Below the pieces are notes generated by a model. That model did not search any database. It saw only the letters and a list, made by a program, of their open reading frames with translations, and was not told the DNA's origin. From a virus (taxonomy: Duplodnaviria > Caudoviricetes): DNA of 55,207 nucleotides. This document shows positions 19,332-28,873 of the stretch, in pieces. The DNA lies in the IMG/VR virus record IMGVR_UViG_3300006080_000002, positions 1-55,207 of that record; one strand, written 5' to 3'. The translations under genes and the position numbers were made by a program. Position 1 is the first letter of the stretch; every line of letters starts with the position of its first letter.

Positions 19332-19858
19332 TATCTGTAAGTCCTTCCAACACCACTGATCCCGGCGTTGGTATATGGGTAAACCAAGGCGTCAGCCTTT
19401 GGAAAGTCAATGAATTGCACGCGCGAAACGTTGCCTTCGCGGTAACTTGTTTCGGTTGTAATAGGGCCAACGACGGTCTTCTTGCTTTTGATGTTGTATG
19501 CTTCTTGTGTGGCTACAGTGGCGTGAAGTGCATTGGTAGCAGACAGGAAAGCATATTCACAAACGCTCTTTTTCCAGTTATCGGGAATACCAAGAACAGG
19601 TCGATAGTAACGGTCATACAACCCTGAGCGCGGGTATTCTAAAGCCTGTTCATTATTCAGCGGTCGGCCACCAAGCTTCGCTCCCCATTTCTGGTCAGCG
19701 TAGCTTGAGCCATCGTTGAGAGCGTTTTCTTTAGCAGCTTGGGTAAGTTGTGCCCAGTCCGAATATCCTTGAGCTGCGCAGTAAGCATCAGCATACACGA
19801 TATCAACATAGCTGGTTGAATTGGGAATTCCTGTGCAGTCTTCTACAATAAAAGTCAT
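19331..19858 (-). CDS. Head-tail adaptor protein
   Basis: IVEDCTGIPNSTSY, QALEYPR, KTVVGPITTE. Confidence 0.8.
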   Translation of the reverse strand: MTFIVEDCTGIPNSTSYVDIVYADAYCAAQGYSDWAQLTQAAKENALNDGSSYADQKWGAKLGGRPLNNEQALEYPRSGLYDRYYRPVLGIPDNWKKSVCEYAFLSATNALHATVATQEAYNIKSKKTVVGPITTETSYREGNVSRVQFIDFPKADALVYPYTNAGISGVGRTYR

Positions 19859-19947
19859 TTTTAACTCCTTGCGTTTTAATGCGTTTTATTGTAACAGGCA
19901 ATACCCTCGAGGTACAGTGTGGGAAAGCAGATATAGGGAGTTTGATA

Positions 19948-19975
19948 AAGTTGCGGGCATTGCGCCCGCAACTTT
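19948..19975 (-). terminator. Intrinsic terminator after the capsid operon
   Basis: AAAGTTGCGGGC-N5-GCCCGCAACTTT perfect inverted repeat. Confidence 0.65.
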
Positions 19976-20576
19976 AGTTCAGAATGCCGAGGGCACGCTG
20001 TTCTTTATCGCTTAAAACCGCACGGAGAGCTTCGTTACGTTCAGCCAGTGCTTCACGTTCTTTGCGGCCCTGTTCCTGATAGCGCTTAATCTGCTCAGCA
20101 AAGGTTTCTTCTTTGCCTTTGGCTTCTTCCAAAGCCTTGGTGTGGGCTTCCTGTGCATCACGGAAAGCACGGTCTGCTTTCGCACGGGCCTGATCTGCTT
20201 CTTCCAGGGCTTTAGCTGCCGCAGCAACTGGATCTTCTGTAGCCACAGAATCACCTTCGCCAGCGTCGCCAGCGTCTTCGTCCGCGCCAGTTACAGGGTC
20301 AGCGGGTGCAACAGGTGCAACAGGTGCAACAGGTGCAACAGGTGCAACAGGTGCAACAGGTGCAACAGGTGCAACAGGTGCTTCAGCTTTGACCTTTGCG
20401 GCTTGTGCTGCCACACGGCTAAAGCCCGGCCCAGCTGCCGTAATCTGATCACGGGTAACAGGCTTACCAACCAGATCTTTCACAACGTCCAAACGCGGCA
20501 GGCCATCTGCTGTCCAATGGTCGTTATTGTCCGGATCGAGTTTAGCGAGCGCTGCAATAATTACTTCATTGCTCAT
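19974..20576 (-). CDS. Capsid-adjacent hypothetical protein with (APV)8 linker
   Basis: N-terminal LDPDNNDHWTADGLPRLD domain, Pro linker, C-terminal coiled coil; follows the major capsid gene. Confidence 0.75.
   Translation of the reverse strand: MSNEVIIAALAKLDPDNNDHWTADGLPRLDVVKDLVGKPVTRDQITAAGPGFSRVAAQAAKVKAEAPVAPVAPVAPVAPVAPVAPVAPVAPADPVTGADEDAGDAGEGDSVATEDPVAAAAKALEEADQARAKADRAFRDAQEAHTKALEEAKGKEETFAEQIKRYQEQGRKEREALAERNEALRAVLSDKEQRALGILN
20305..20381. repeat. Perfect 9-bp tandem repeat GGTGCAACA, about 8.5 copies
   Basis: Read directly; encodes Ala-Pro-Val repeats on the - strand. Confidence 0.95.
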
Positions 20577-20627
20577 TGTCTTTTCCTCTTAATAAACAGG
20601 TGAGGCTGAAGCCCCACCTGTTCCGGA

Positions 20628-21665
20628 TTACATTTCGCGGGTTACGAGACGCGCAATCTTGATCTGCTTGCGTTCAGTGTACGCACGCTGCCAAGAAGTT
20701 GCTGCTTCCAGAACCGTATTGGATGGGCCACCTTTTGAAGCCGCGCCAACATACTTGTGACCGGCTGGGTGCAGACACCACTGAACGCGGTTGTACAGTA
20801 CGCTGGAACCGCCACCGTTACCGGAGTCAGGCTTACGCGAAGTTTCAGTTGGTGTAGCTGGGGCAGCACGGCCGAAGCGAACAGCGCCAGCACCAAAGAT
20901 CCAAGTGTCAAAGACACCGCCAGCGTTTGGCATACTGTCGTCACGGATAACAGTACGGCCCAGGAACGTCGGGATCATAATTTTACCATCGGACGCCGGG
21001 ATAAATTCAATCAGGTTGTTTTTGCGCATCTGGTTGTAAACAACCGAATGAACCATTACCATGCCCAGATCGTCATCGCTGTCACCCATAGTCGCCAGAG
21101 CGTCGATAAATGCTGGAGCGCTGAACTTGGTGGCCGCACCGACTGCAGTGCCTTTAATGTCGTTGGTCAGGTCGCCTTGGGTGTGCTCGGTGCCGGTAGG
21201 CGCGGCATCGTTATCGGCAAACACACCTTTAACAGTGGAAATGAACGCACGCTGCAGACGTCGCTGCCAGTAATCCGCAACACGGCTGGCAATGCTGTTC
21301 ATTGGGTCTGCACCAATGAGGTCTGCCGCCAAGTCTGAGCTTGACCATGATTGGTTACGGTTCAACCGAACGGCAATTTCTTCAACGGTGCCGGTTTTCT
21401 TCGGCGCGGAGTTTGTAGTACCGCCAGTGAACGAGTCGTCGGCGTCGTCGCTTGAAACGTTATCTTCGTCGTTATCCAGGTCTTTGAAACTTGGAACGTG
21501 GAAGGTTAAACCGCCGCCAGCCAGTTCGGTGTCCAGCAGTGGGTCACGCGACATAGCGCCAGATTGAATCAGACGCGACTTCTCTTCGGTGAGCAACTGC
21601 GCGTAAGGTGTGAAAACTTCTGGGACAATAACGTCCGCAAGATTGGTGATCGGTCCAGTAGCCAT
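20628..21665 (-). CDS. Major capsid protein
   Basis: TNLADVIVPEVF, DPMNSIASRVADYW, VHSVVY, LHPAG; strong GGAGG RBS. Confidence 0.9.
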   Translation of the reverse strand: MATGPITNLADVIVPEVFTPYAQLLTEEKSRLIQSGAMSRDPLLDTELAGGGLTFHVPSFKDLDNDEDNVSSDDADDSFTGGTTNSAPKKTGTVEEIAVRLNRNQSWSSSDLAADLIGADPMNSIASRVADYWQRRLQRAFISTVKGVFADNDAAPTGTEHTQGDLTNDIKGTAVGAATKFSAPAFIDALATMGDSDDDLGMVMVHSVVYNQMRKNNLIEFIPASDGKIMIPTFLGRTVIRDDSMPNAGGVFDTWIFGAGAVRFGRAAPATPTETSRKPDSGNGGGSSVLYNRVQWCLHPAGHKYVGAASKGGPSNTVLEAATSWQRAYTERKQIKIARLVTREM

Positions 21666-21805
21666 GTGATCCTCCAGGATATGTGGCTTAGGTTAACAAC
21701 TCCTGAGCCGCTGCCCCATGACCGCGTCCCAAACATAAAAAGGGCGTCCACCATTGGACGCCCTTTTACTATAGCAACTTGCAAAAAATTCAAGCAAGCA
21801 TTATT

Positions 21806-22606
21806 TTATTCGGCTGGCTTAGGGCCGCCAATGGTTGTACCCGCAGCGGCAGCCATCTGCTCCGCTTTTGCATGGTCAGCCGTAACAAGCTTACCTTGCT
21901 CAGTGAGGTTCCAGTGCTTGGCGCTGAATGGATTAACCACAGCCGAGCCGCCACCGGGGCGCGCATTGGCACCTTGTGACACCGGCCACCAGTGCGGGCG
22001 AGTCTGCTGCATATCAGTGAGCCATACGTCTGCGCCAATGCCGGGGGTGACACCAACATTATCGCGCGTCACTACCCGGCCATCTTCGCTAACTTCGAAC
22101 ACGCGCTCAGCCTGCAACAAAATATCGTCCAGCGCTGTTTGGTGAACTTTCGAAGCCAAACCAGCTTCGCGCACGTGATCGTGAATCTTGCGGGTCACTT
22201 CACGCTTTTCGTATTCGGCAACCTGAGCTTCAGTATCCGCCAGCTTTTTCTTGGCATCGTTCAGCTCGCGCTGTACAGGGCCAAGCTTACTCTGCAAACG
22301 GGCTTCAACCATTTCGCTCAGCTTGTCTTCGTCCAGCTTGCCACCGGCAGCCAGTTCCAGTTCTTTAATTCGGTCGAGACGAGCCAACACAACTTCTGGT
22401 TCTTCATCACCAAACTGGCGCAGTTTGTCTTTTGTTTCACTGTGGTCTTTGCGTTCTTTGCGCAGACTTTCCTGAAGCTTTTCGACGTCGGATTTCGAGC
22501 GAATATCTGCGGCAGCGACTAACACATATTTGTCACCGGACTTAACGAACAGATGGCGGTAAGCCGCTGGGATTTCTTCGAGGGTTGCGTATTCTTCATC
22601 AAGCAT
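21806..22606 (-). CDS. Capsid scaffolding protein
   Basis: Coiled coil; NPFSAKHWNLTEQG C-terminal motif; GGAG RBS before ATG 22606. Confidence 0.75.
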   Translation of the reverse strand: MLDEEYATLEEIPAAYRHLFVKSGDKYVLVAAADIRSKSDVEKLQESLRKERKDHSETKDKLRQFGDEEPEVVLARLDRIKELELAAGGKLDEDKLSEMVEARLQSKLGPVQRELNDAKKKLADTEAQVAEYEKREVTRKIHDHVREAGLASKVHQTALDDILLQAERVFEVSEDGRVVTRDNVGVTPGIGADVWLTDMQQTRPHWWPVSQGANARPGGGSAVVNPFSAKHWNLTEQGKLVTADHAKAEQMAAAAGTTIGGPKPAE

Positions 22607-22650
22607 TGGAATCACTCCGTTGGTTTGGCGAACCATTTCGCCGGAAAAGC

Positions 22651-22680
22651 ACTATAGCACAGGCGCACGGTTTACTGCAA
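22651..22680 (-). promoter_or_regulatory. Sigma70-type promoter for scaffold/capsid genes
   Basis: TTGCAG-18 nt-TATAGT with upstream TG. Confidence 0.55.
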
Positions 22681-23838
22681 CGTCCGCTTGGTAATTTCGT
22701 CTAAAGTAAACTCACGCCCATCCGGGGCAACAAACCCACTGAGCGGGACTTCGCCTTTCTTGTAAAGCTCATAACGGGCCGGGCCGAGGTAGTCCCGCTG
22801 AAACTCCGCGCTCTGCCGGGCAAAGAATTCACTGAAGGTTGTTGCCCCGGCAACCTGCCCAATTAATTCGGCCTTTTTGGTTTCGGCGAATTTGTCGAAC
22901 TTGCCCTTTAAACCTCGTGGCAATTGCGAACGCTTGGTGACACCTTTAAGGCCGTTCTGCTTGGCGAACTCTTGCACGGCAAGCTTTTCTTGATAGGCTT
23001 TGAACGGGCGCTTGCCAAGCAAATCTGGGTCAAGATACGGTACACGCAACGAACGGCAGCGGAAGTGAAGTGGTGGCATTGGCCCCTCACCCCGCTTCAA
23101 GCGCTTGTGGTCATTAGTGGCGCATTCCAATGTTGTATGGCCGTCTAGTGTGGCAAGAAAAATCTCCTCCTTAATAATATCGGAGTTTTCTTCATACAAG
23201 GCTTGTTTAACTTCCTGCTGGATGCCATTTGTTACCGTCAGCAAAACGGATTCAATATCCCGCTTTGCTTTTGCGCTAACGGCGCGTCCGGTAATAATAC
23301 CCTGCTCCCCGGCAATTTCTGCAGCCATTTGCGTCGGAGTTATACCTTGAACAATAGCAGTCTTTGCCCTGCGCAATATGGCGTCAACGTCCGCTGCGGC
23401 TGTACGTTCCATCCATTGTTTAAGGGTGGCACCTTCAAACGGCTGGGAGTTTACAATAGCGTTGAGTTGCGACACCGGGGGCACAGCCAAGCCCATAACC
23501 ACAGGCACCGCACCGTCAATTGTCGCGGCGGCCAGTGTGGCTTCGTTTGCGGCATAGGATTTAAGCTGTTCCGTGTAAGTGTCCAGGACCTCCTGCCAAG
23601 CGCCAAGGCGCACGGCCAGAACTTCCTGTTCCATTTGTGCCAGCAACTTTTTCCCGCGTTCGTTTATGAGAGATTTGCCTTCCAGCTTGGCCCCGTAGCG
23701 AAGCAGTATGTTATACACATCCTCATCCGTTTTGCTAATTACGCTGGAACCTTGATTTCGCAAGCTTCCAGCGTATCGAAGCATATAGGTCTGATGACGC
23801 ACATACGCATCCAACAGTTCCTCATTACTCGTCGCCAT
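22672..23838 (-). CDS. Minor head morphogenesis protein (SPP1 gp7/Mu gpF-like)
   Basis: ATLDGHTTLEC...PPLHFRCRS. Confidence 0.88.
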   Translation of the reverse strand: MATSNEELLDAYVRHQTYMLRYAGSLRNQGSSVISKTDEDVYNILLRYGAKLEGKSLINERGKKLLAQMEQEVLAVRLGAWQEVLDTYTEQLKSYAANEATLAAATIDGAVPVVMGLAVPPVSQLNAIVNSQPFEGATLKQWMERTAAADVDAILRRAKTAIVQGITPTQMAAEIAGEQGIITGRAVSAKAKRDIESVLLTVTNGIQQEVKQALYEENSDIIKEEIFLATLDGHTTLECATNDHKRLKRGEGPMPPLHFRCRSLRVPYLDPDLLGKRPFKAYQEKLAVQEFAKQNGLKGVTKRSQLPRGLKGKFDKFAETKKAELIGQVAGATTFSEFFARQSAEFQRDYLGPARYELYKKGEVPLSGFVAPDGREFTLDEITKRTLQ

Positions 23839-25294
23839 TCACATCGCCCTCATCTGTTTTACCATTCAACGTCACAGGCTGTATTAAGGGGGCTTCGCTG
23901 TTCAGAAGCTTCATTTCGTCTTCGTATGAAAGCGAACTAATGCCTTTTTCTTGCAGCCAAGCGTGAATGGATTGCAGGCTAAGTGGAGCGCCCATATTCT
24001 TCGCAGCCATGATTTCGTTAAGAATGCCGCTAACAATTTCAACGTTTGTAAATTCTAAATTCGGTTTAACGCGCACTTGGTCCGGGTCTGCACCAAGCCA
24101 AGTCGCCAGCGCTTTCAGTACCTTTTCCAGCCCAGCAGCGCCCGCCTTTGCTATTTGGGGCAACGTTGCTGTTTGTGAGGCCATACGCAGTCGCAGGGCG
24201 TCTCCGCTTTCCTTAGCCCGGCTTGTGGCGTCTGTAACCTGCCCGCTTTTTGCCTTGGCCCGTGCGTAATCGTTTTCAAGGGCTTTGCGCAGTTCGGGCA
24301 AGCCTTGTGAAGAAACACCGATAAATTTAGCGTCACCGTTTACAGGTACGTCAATCCGAGCACCGGCGCCAACGCGGACTTCATCTTCTGTATCCGTAGC
24401 ACCAATGCGAACAAGGGTGTCTTGGCTTTGCATAAACAAGCTCTGGCGGTAATCGGCTTCTGTACGATAAATTGTCATACAAGCGTTCGCTAACCCGAGG
24501 AGCGGTGGAAGCTCCGGTTCCGGTGACAGGTCACGGCTATTAACAAAGCTAAAGGGGATCATGCCTTCCAACGGAGTACCACGAACACCCGGTAACGTGT
24601 AAGTAAGGCTCGGAATCTCGTCGTCGTTTTCAATGACGGCAGTTCCGTACACAGTCTTAACGCTCTCCGGATCAACCTGTTGCGTCACCGGGTCTACAAG
24701 TGAGCAAATGCGGTAACGCTCTTTGAATTTCCATTTGTTGGTTGCAGGGTCACGAACTTGCGCACTTTCGTTAAGCTTCAGAAAAGTTATATCCAAATCT
24801 TCGCGCCCTTCGACACCGTCGTCCCAGTCCATAATGGCTTGGCCGGTGTACAGAACAACCACAGGACGCGGAGAACCATCGGCCTCAACAGCGATATCGC
24901 CTAAGATACCGAGACGACCGGTGATAAGCTGCATGGTGTTAATTCGAGCCAGAACCATCTCCAAGCTTTCACCAATCAGCGTTGAATTAAGTTCCATCTC
25001 TTTCATAACCGGCGGCAATGAAATCGTCGGTGGCTTTGCGTGCATAATACCAATCGCAGCTTGCACAGCTTCCGAATAGATATCCGGGTACACCGCACGC
25101 AGTTTATAAGCATCGTAATCTTGCTGCCCCGGTTGGTCTTTGCCTTGGCCATAACCGTCCTTTCGGTGGCCGGTTGTTGGCGGAAGGTACTTATCGCCAG
25201 CCTTTTTAACGGCGTGTTCACCGTCATAACTGTCTTCGCCAAGCTGCCAGTATTCGACAAACTGGATATAGGATGGATGTGTATCTACGCTCAT
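23825..25294 (-). CDS. Portal protein
   Basis: 489 aa directly after terL; YLP, YDAYKLRA, PPLLGLA, ADYRQSL. Confidence 0.88.
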   Translation of the reverse strand: MSVDTHPSYIQFVEYWQLGEDSYDGEHAVKKAGDKYLPPTTGHRKDGYGQGKDQPGQQDYDAYKLRAVYPDIYSEAVQAAIGIMHAKPPTISLPPVMKEMELNSTLIGESLEMVLARINTMQLITGRLGILGDIAVEADGSPRPVVVLYTGQAIMDWDDGVEGREDLDITFLKLNESAQVRDPATNKWKFKERYRICSLVDPVTQQVDPESVKTVYGTAVIENDDEIPSLTYTLPGVRGTPLEGMIPFSFVNSRDLSPEPELPPLLGLANACMTIYRTEADYRQSLFMQSQDTLVRIGATDTEDEVRVGAGARIDVPVNGDAKFIGVSSQGLPELRKALENDYARAKAKSGQVTDATSRAKESGDALRLRMASQTATLPQIAKAGAAGLEKVLKALATWLGADPDQVRVKPNLEFTNVEIVSGILNEIMAAKNMGAPLSLQSIHAWLQEKGISSLSYEDEMKLLNSEAPLIQPVTLNGKTDEGDVNGDE

Positions 25295-25303
25295 GTTAAC
25301 TCC

Positions 25304-26890
25304 TCACGTTAAACCAGTGGTTCGGCCACTTCGGAACATATCACCAACGCTTAATATAACGTAGCGGCTTTCGTCACAAACGTGGTCTTCAGCTTCGGTA
25401 TCAACGTCGTCTTGGTCTACTTCGTCTCGTGGTATTGTTGGGACAGTACGAATAAATCCGTCCTGACAACTTCTAAAAGTAAATAGTCCGGGGCTTTCCC
25501 GGGGGCCACCGTGCTCCGGTGGTTGGGCATTATACATTGCGATTCGCATAAGCTCCCAGCCATTTTTTCGGCTACCGGGGCTTTTGTCTGCACGGGTAAA
25601 GCTTAGCCCCCGGTAGGTATGGCCGTCAATTACAACTTTTTTCTGCATATCGGTTGCAATGCACACACCGTTGACAGTGTCATAAATCGATCCGTCAGCC
25701 GGGCCAGCTTTAACCCGGTCAAAGATACCCATCTTTAATTCGCGCTGAACCGCACCTTGGGCCACCTTTGTTGCCAGCAAACGGAGGCCGGTGTTAGCCA
25801 CACCATTCCACCCGTACCACTCGCCAATCCGGAACAGGTCACCGCGCACAGTTGAGCGCCATTGCCCTTTCGCATCTTTGTAATCGCTGCCGTCGCTTTG
25901 TGCCCACCAGCCAATAGAGAACGGGCGGGAGCTACCCCAGTCGAACGAACGGAATATGCGCCAGCTTTGCGGAATTTGGAAATCCTCAACAATGTTGTGT
26001 TGGCTCGACCAAACATCGTCGAACATACCACCAGAAGTGATATCCCAATCGCCCCACAACCAAGCGGCCCGTTTGTTTGGGTCTGTAATGCTTTCCAGCT
26101 CCAAAACATATTCCGGGCTCAAGAAACGGTTTTCTTTGTATGAACCGAAAATGCGAACTTGGGTTTTTGTGATGTCCTCGCGTTTACCTGTCCGTGGGTT
26201 AAACACGTTCCGGGTAATGCGTACAAGCTGCCCCGGCCCGGCAGGGTCAATGAAGCGCTGCTTAACCCAGTTATGGCCAACACCGAAAGGGTTGGTTGTG
26301 CTGAAAACCACCAGCGGGATTTCAGGCAGCGGGTTGTCAATTTCCCCGGTTTCTTCGTTGCGTGGGCTGTGCTCTAACGGCAGGAATGACGAACGATTAC
26401 AAGACATCATTGCGTCATATAAATTCGAATTTGGGTGCTTTGTTAATTCGTTCCACCCGATGAAAGGGAATTCCTGCCCGTGATATTTCCAGTAATCTTG
26501 CTCGGTTTTAACAACGCGGAACCAAAGCTCTTCACCTGTAGGCCAGACCCATTTCAGTTGGCTTGTGGAACTGATGAATTTCGCACCATCTTTAAACAGT
26601 GGGAACCAGCGGCGGGACTTTGCAATTAAGTCGTCGAGGTTTTTATATTCACGGTCGTAAATTACACCGCGCCAAAATTGCCCGTAACCCTTGCCAACAA
26701 ATCGGCGAAAATACATAATCTGCGAATCTGTTTTGCCGGGGCCGCGTGTGCCCTCGTAAAGAATGTGGTTAGCCGGACAGCATATTGCGAGGGCTTGGGA
26801 TCCTTCCAAAGGCTTCCATATTTTAACCGGCGTCGCTTGTTTCGCTTCCGGTGCTGGAAGCGCTAGAGGTGCTGCGCTCAACCCATTCAT
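25304..26890 (-). CDS. terL: Terminase large subunit
   Basis: EGTRGPGKT Walker A, WNELT, TTNP, FDWGS, EDHVCDE nuclease motifs. Confidence 0.95.
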   Translation of the reverse strand: MNGLSAAPLALPAPEAKQATPVKIWKPLEGSQALAICCPANHILYEGTRGPGKTDSQIMYFRRFVGKGYGQFWRGVIYDREYKNLDDLIAKSRRWFPLFKDGAKFISSTSQLKWVWPTGEELWFRVVKTEQDYWKYHGQEFPFIGWNELTKHPNSNLYDAMMSCNRSSFLPLEHSPRNEETGEIDNPLPEIPLVVFSTTNPFGVGHNWVKQRFIDPAGPGQLVRITRNVFNPRTGKREDITKTQVRIFGSYKENRFLSPEYVLELESITDPNKRAAWLWGDWDITSGGMFDDVWSSQHNIVEDFQIPQSWRIFRSFDWGSSRPFSIGWWAQSDGSDYKDAKGQWRSTVRGDLFRIGEWYGWNGVANTGLRLLATKVAQGAVQRELKMGIFDRVKAGPADGSIYDTVNGVCIATDMQKKVVIDGHTYRGLSFTRADKSPGSRKNGWELMRIAMYNAQPPEHGGPRESPGLFTFRSCQDGFIRTVPTIPRDEVDQDDVDTEAEDHVCDESRYVILSVGDMFRSGRTTGLT

Positions 26891-27125
26891 TTAATAGTTC
26901 CAACCTTTTGTTGCAGACTTTTAGTTCACCTAAGATAACCACAGTGTAATTCAAGGCGTCGCCAACAGTTAGCCCGGTAAATTCGGGTATATGACAGCGC
27001 TGCAACAATTCAGCAGGTGGCCGTATAACCTCAGTCTTCGTTAGGGTTATCGGTTTGTTCCCTGAGCAAGCGTACAGCATCGGGAGGCAGGCGCATACTA
27101 AACAAATCGTGGATAGCTTTGTCAT
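26823..27125 (-). CDS. Outer-membrane spanin (Rz1-like lipoprotein)
   Basis: Signal peptide with LYAC lipobox; PPAELLQRC; overlaps the 3' end of the i-spanin. Confidence 0.8.
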   Translation of the reverse strand: MTKLSTICLVCACLPMLYACSGNKPITLTKTEVIRPPAELLQRCHIPEFTGLTVGDALNYTVVILGELKVCNKRLELLNEWVERSTSSASSTGSETSDAG

Positions 27126-27411
27126 TGTTTGCCAGTTCCTTGAATCGCTTGGTTATGTCGTCGGTTTGGGTTTTCATGCTTACCTGCTGCTCTGCAAGTA
27201 AGCGAAGAATTTTATCGTCAATAAGACGTTGCTTCGTAAGCGTTTCAATCGTTTTAGCCTGCTCACGTATGCTATCCGTAAGCAGGCTGTTCCTGTGTTC
27301 TTCAACTTTAAGACGTTCTACAGCTATATCGTAGTGGAGTTGGGTGATAACTGCGTAACCTGCCATTACAGCGCTTAGAACGGCTAACGCGACTGAAAGG
27401 TTATTTCGCAT
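27031..27411 (-). CDS. Inner-membrane spanin (Rz-like)
   Basis: N-terminal transmembrane segment, coiled coil, LPPDAVRLL. Confidence 0.8.
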   Translation of the reverse strand: MRNNLSVALAVLSAVMAGYAVITQLHYDIAVERLKVEEHRNSLLTDSIREQAKTIETLTKQRLIDDKILRLLAEQQVSMKTQTDDITKRFKELANNDKAIHDLFSMRLPPDAVRLLREQTDNPNED

Positions 27412-27739
27412 TGTCTTCAATATCATGTTGTTCAATCCCAAGTCTACGGCGCACAACTTTAGCAAGCATTGCAATACTTGCCTCTGCCCCAATCCAACCA
27501 AAGACGCCGACAATTACACCAGACCAGCGCCAGTCAAGGCCCATAGCCTTGCAGGCAAGCATAGCGATCAAACCCACAAATGCAGATGAAAGCGCTTCAA
27601 TTAGGCTTCGAAACCATGTTGGTGTTTTCTCGTTATTCAAAGTCCGCAAAACATAACCAAGCAACCCGCCAACAGCAGCGAACAGCGAAAACAGCAATGT
27701 TTCTACCAACCCAATGTTCTGCGGATCCCGGAATGGCAT
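27401..27739 (-). CDS. Holin
   Basis: 112 aa, three hydrophobic segments, charged C-terminus; next to the endolysin. Confidence 0.8.
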   Translation of the reverse strand: MPFRDPQNIGLVETLLFSLFAAVGGLLGYVLRTLNNEKTPTWFRSLIEALSSAFVGLIAMLACKAMGLDWRWSGVIVGVFGWIGAEASIAMLAKVVRRRLGIEQHDIEDNAK

Positions 27740-27740
27740 T

Positions 27741-28208
27741 TTAAGTTCCTTTCATTAACACATTCTTAGCCCATTGTTTAACATCAAAGCATGGGCATTC
27801 TTTAAGCCAATCGCGCCGGTCAATTTTGCCGTCGCCGTTAAGATCTGGGAACCAATCCCGATGTCCATACACTTCGGCGTATGGGATACTGTACTCATTG
27901 CACAGTTTCTTTACCAGAAGCTCCAGCGAAGCCATCTGGCGAGGATGGAAATTGTCGCTTGGCTCGCCGTTTTCATCCAGCCCACCAATTAAGCAAATTC
28001 CAATATTATCCTTGTTGTGGCCCTTGACGTGCGCTCCGGCTTGAAGTAAACTGCGTCCAGGTTCCATAACACCACTAAGCGGGATAACAAAGTGATAACC
28101 GATCGTGCGCCAACCCTGTGACACATGCTGGATCATAATATCCCGTGCGGTTTTCAAACTTCCGTGTTTATCTGCGCTGCAATGAATTGTGATTCGTTTT
28201 GGTAGCAT
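27741..28208 (-). CDS. Endolysin, N-acetylmuramoyl-L-alanine amidase (T7 lysozyme-like)
   Basis: IHCSA, IGYHF, GAHVKGHN, IGICLIGG, GHRD, KECPCF. Confidence 0.93.
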   Translation of the reverse strand: MLPKRITIHCSADKHGSLKTARDIMIQHVSQGWRTIGYHFVIPLSGVMEPGRSLLQAGAHVKGHNKDNIGICLIGGLDENGEPSDNFHPRQMASLELLVKKLCNEYSIPYAEVYGHRDWFPDLNGDGKIDRRDWLKECPCFDVKQWAKNVLMKGT

Positions 28209-28276
28209 TGGCTGCCCTCCTGTGCGTGCCTGCCGCAAGGGTACACCAGCCCACCAGCAGCAAGCAACGGCTATAA

Positions 28277-28795
28277 TTATTCACGCACGGTTTGCTTTAG
28301 TTTAGCCTGTGCGGTTGAAGCGGCCTGCTCCCAAGCGTCAATCCCAGGAATATGCGGAACTTCCATCACGCCACCTTGTGCCGCTACACCGTTCACTTTA
28401 GGATCGGACATTTGGTCTAGGCCAACAATTGACGCAAGCTTTGCAAATGCGCTCACCCGTGCCGAGTGTGATGCGCCCGGCCCGTTATAATGGGCCTCGC
28501 GAAGCAAACCCTGAATAATTCGGTTTTGATATGTTTGGCGAAGGCTTTTATCGTCTGCGCTAAGCCGATCCATCTGCTCACGAATGCGTTTGCGAACATA
28601 CGGCTCGGACATAAATGCTTTGGAATATTGCTGGGCAATTTGCCCGCCATTGAAGCCGACTCGAATGGCAGCCCCATAGCTGTCGAAATCGATTAAATAT
28701 TCGGCAACAAAAAGCTCGCGTAATGCGAGCTCATTTTCACTGTAGTTCTGCTCGATAAGCGTTTCGATGCAGTCGTCAATAAAATCTGGTTCCAT
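28277..28795 (-). CDS. terS: Terminase small subunit
   Basis: FVAEYLIDFDSYGAAIRVG HTH motif; ARVSAFAKLA. Confidence 0.8.
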   Translation of the reverse strand: MEPDFIDDCIETLIEQNYSENELALRELFVAEYLIDFDSYGAAIRVGFNGGQIAQQYSKAFMSEPYVRKRIREQMDRLSADDKSLRQTYQNRIIQGLLREAHYNGPGASHSARVSAFAKLASIVGLDQMSDPKVNGVAAQGGVMEVPHIPGIDAWEQAASTAQAKLKQTVRE

Positions 28796-28839
28796 AACCA
28801 GTGCTCCGGCACACAAGACACCATTGTCCTATGTGCTGG

Positions 28840-28868
28840 AGTATAACCACACTCTCAGGCTAGGGCAA
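28840..28868 (-). promoter_or_regulatory. Promoter for the terS-lysis-terL operon
   Basis: TTGCCC-17 nt-TATACT. Confidence 0.55.
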
Positions 28869-28873
28869 CTTGC

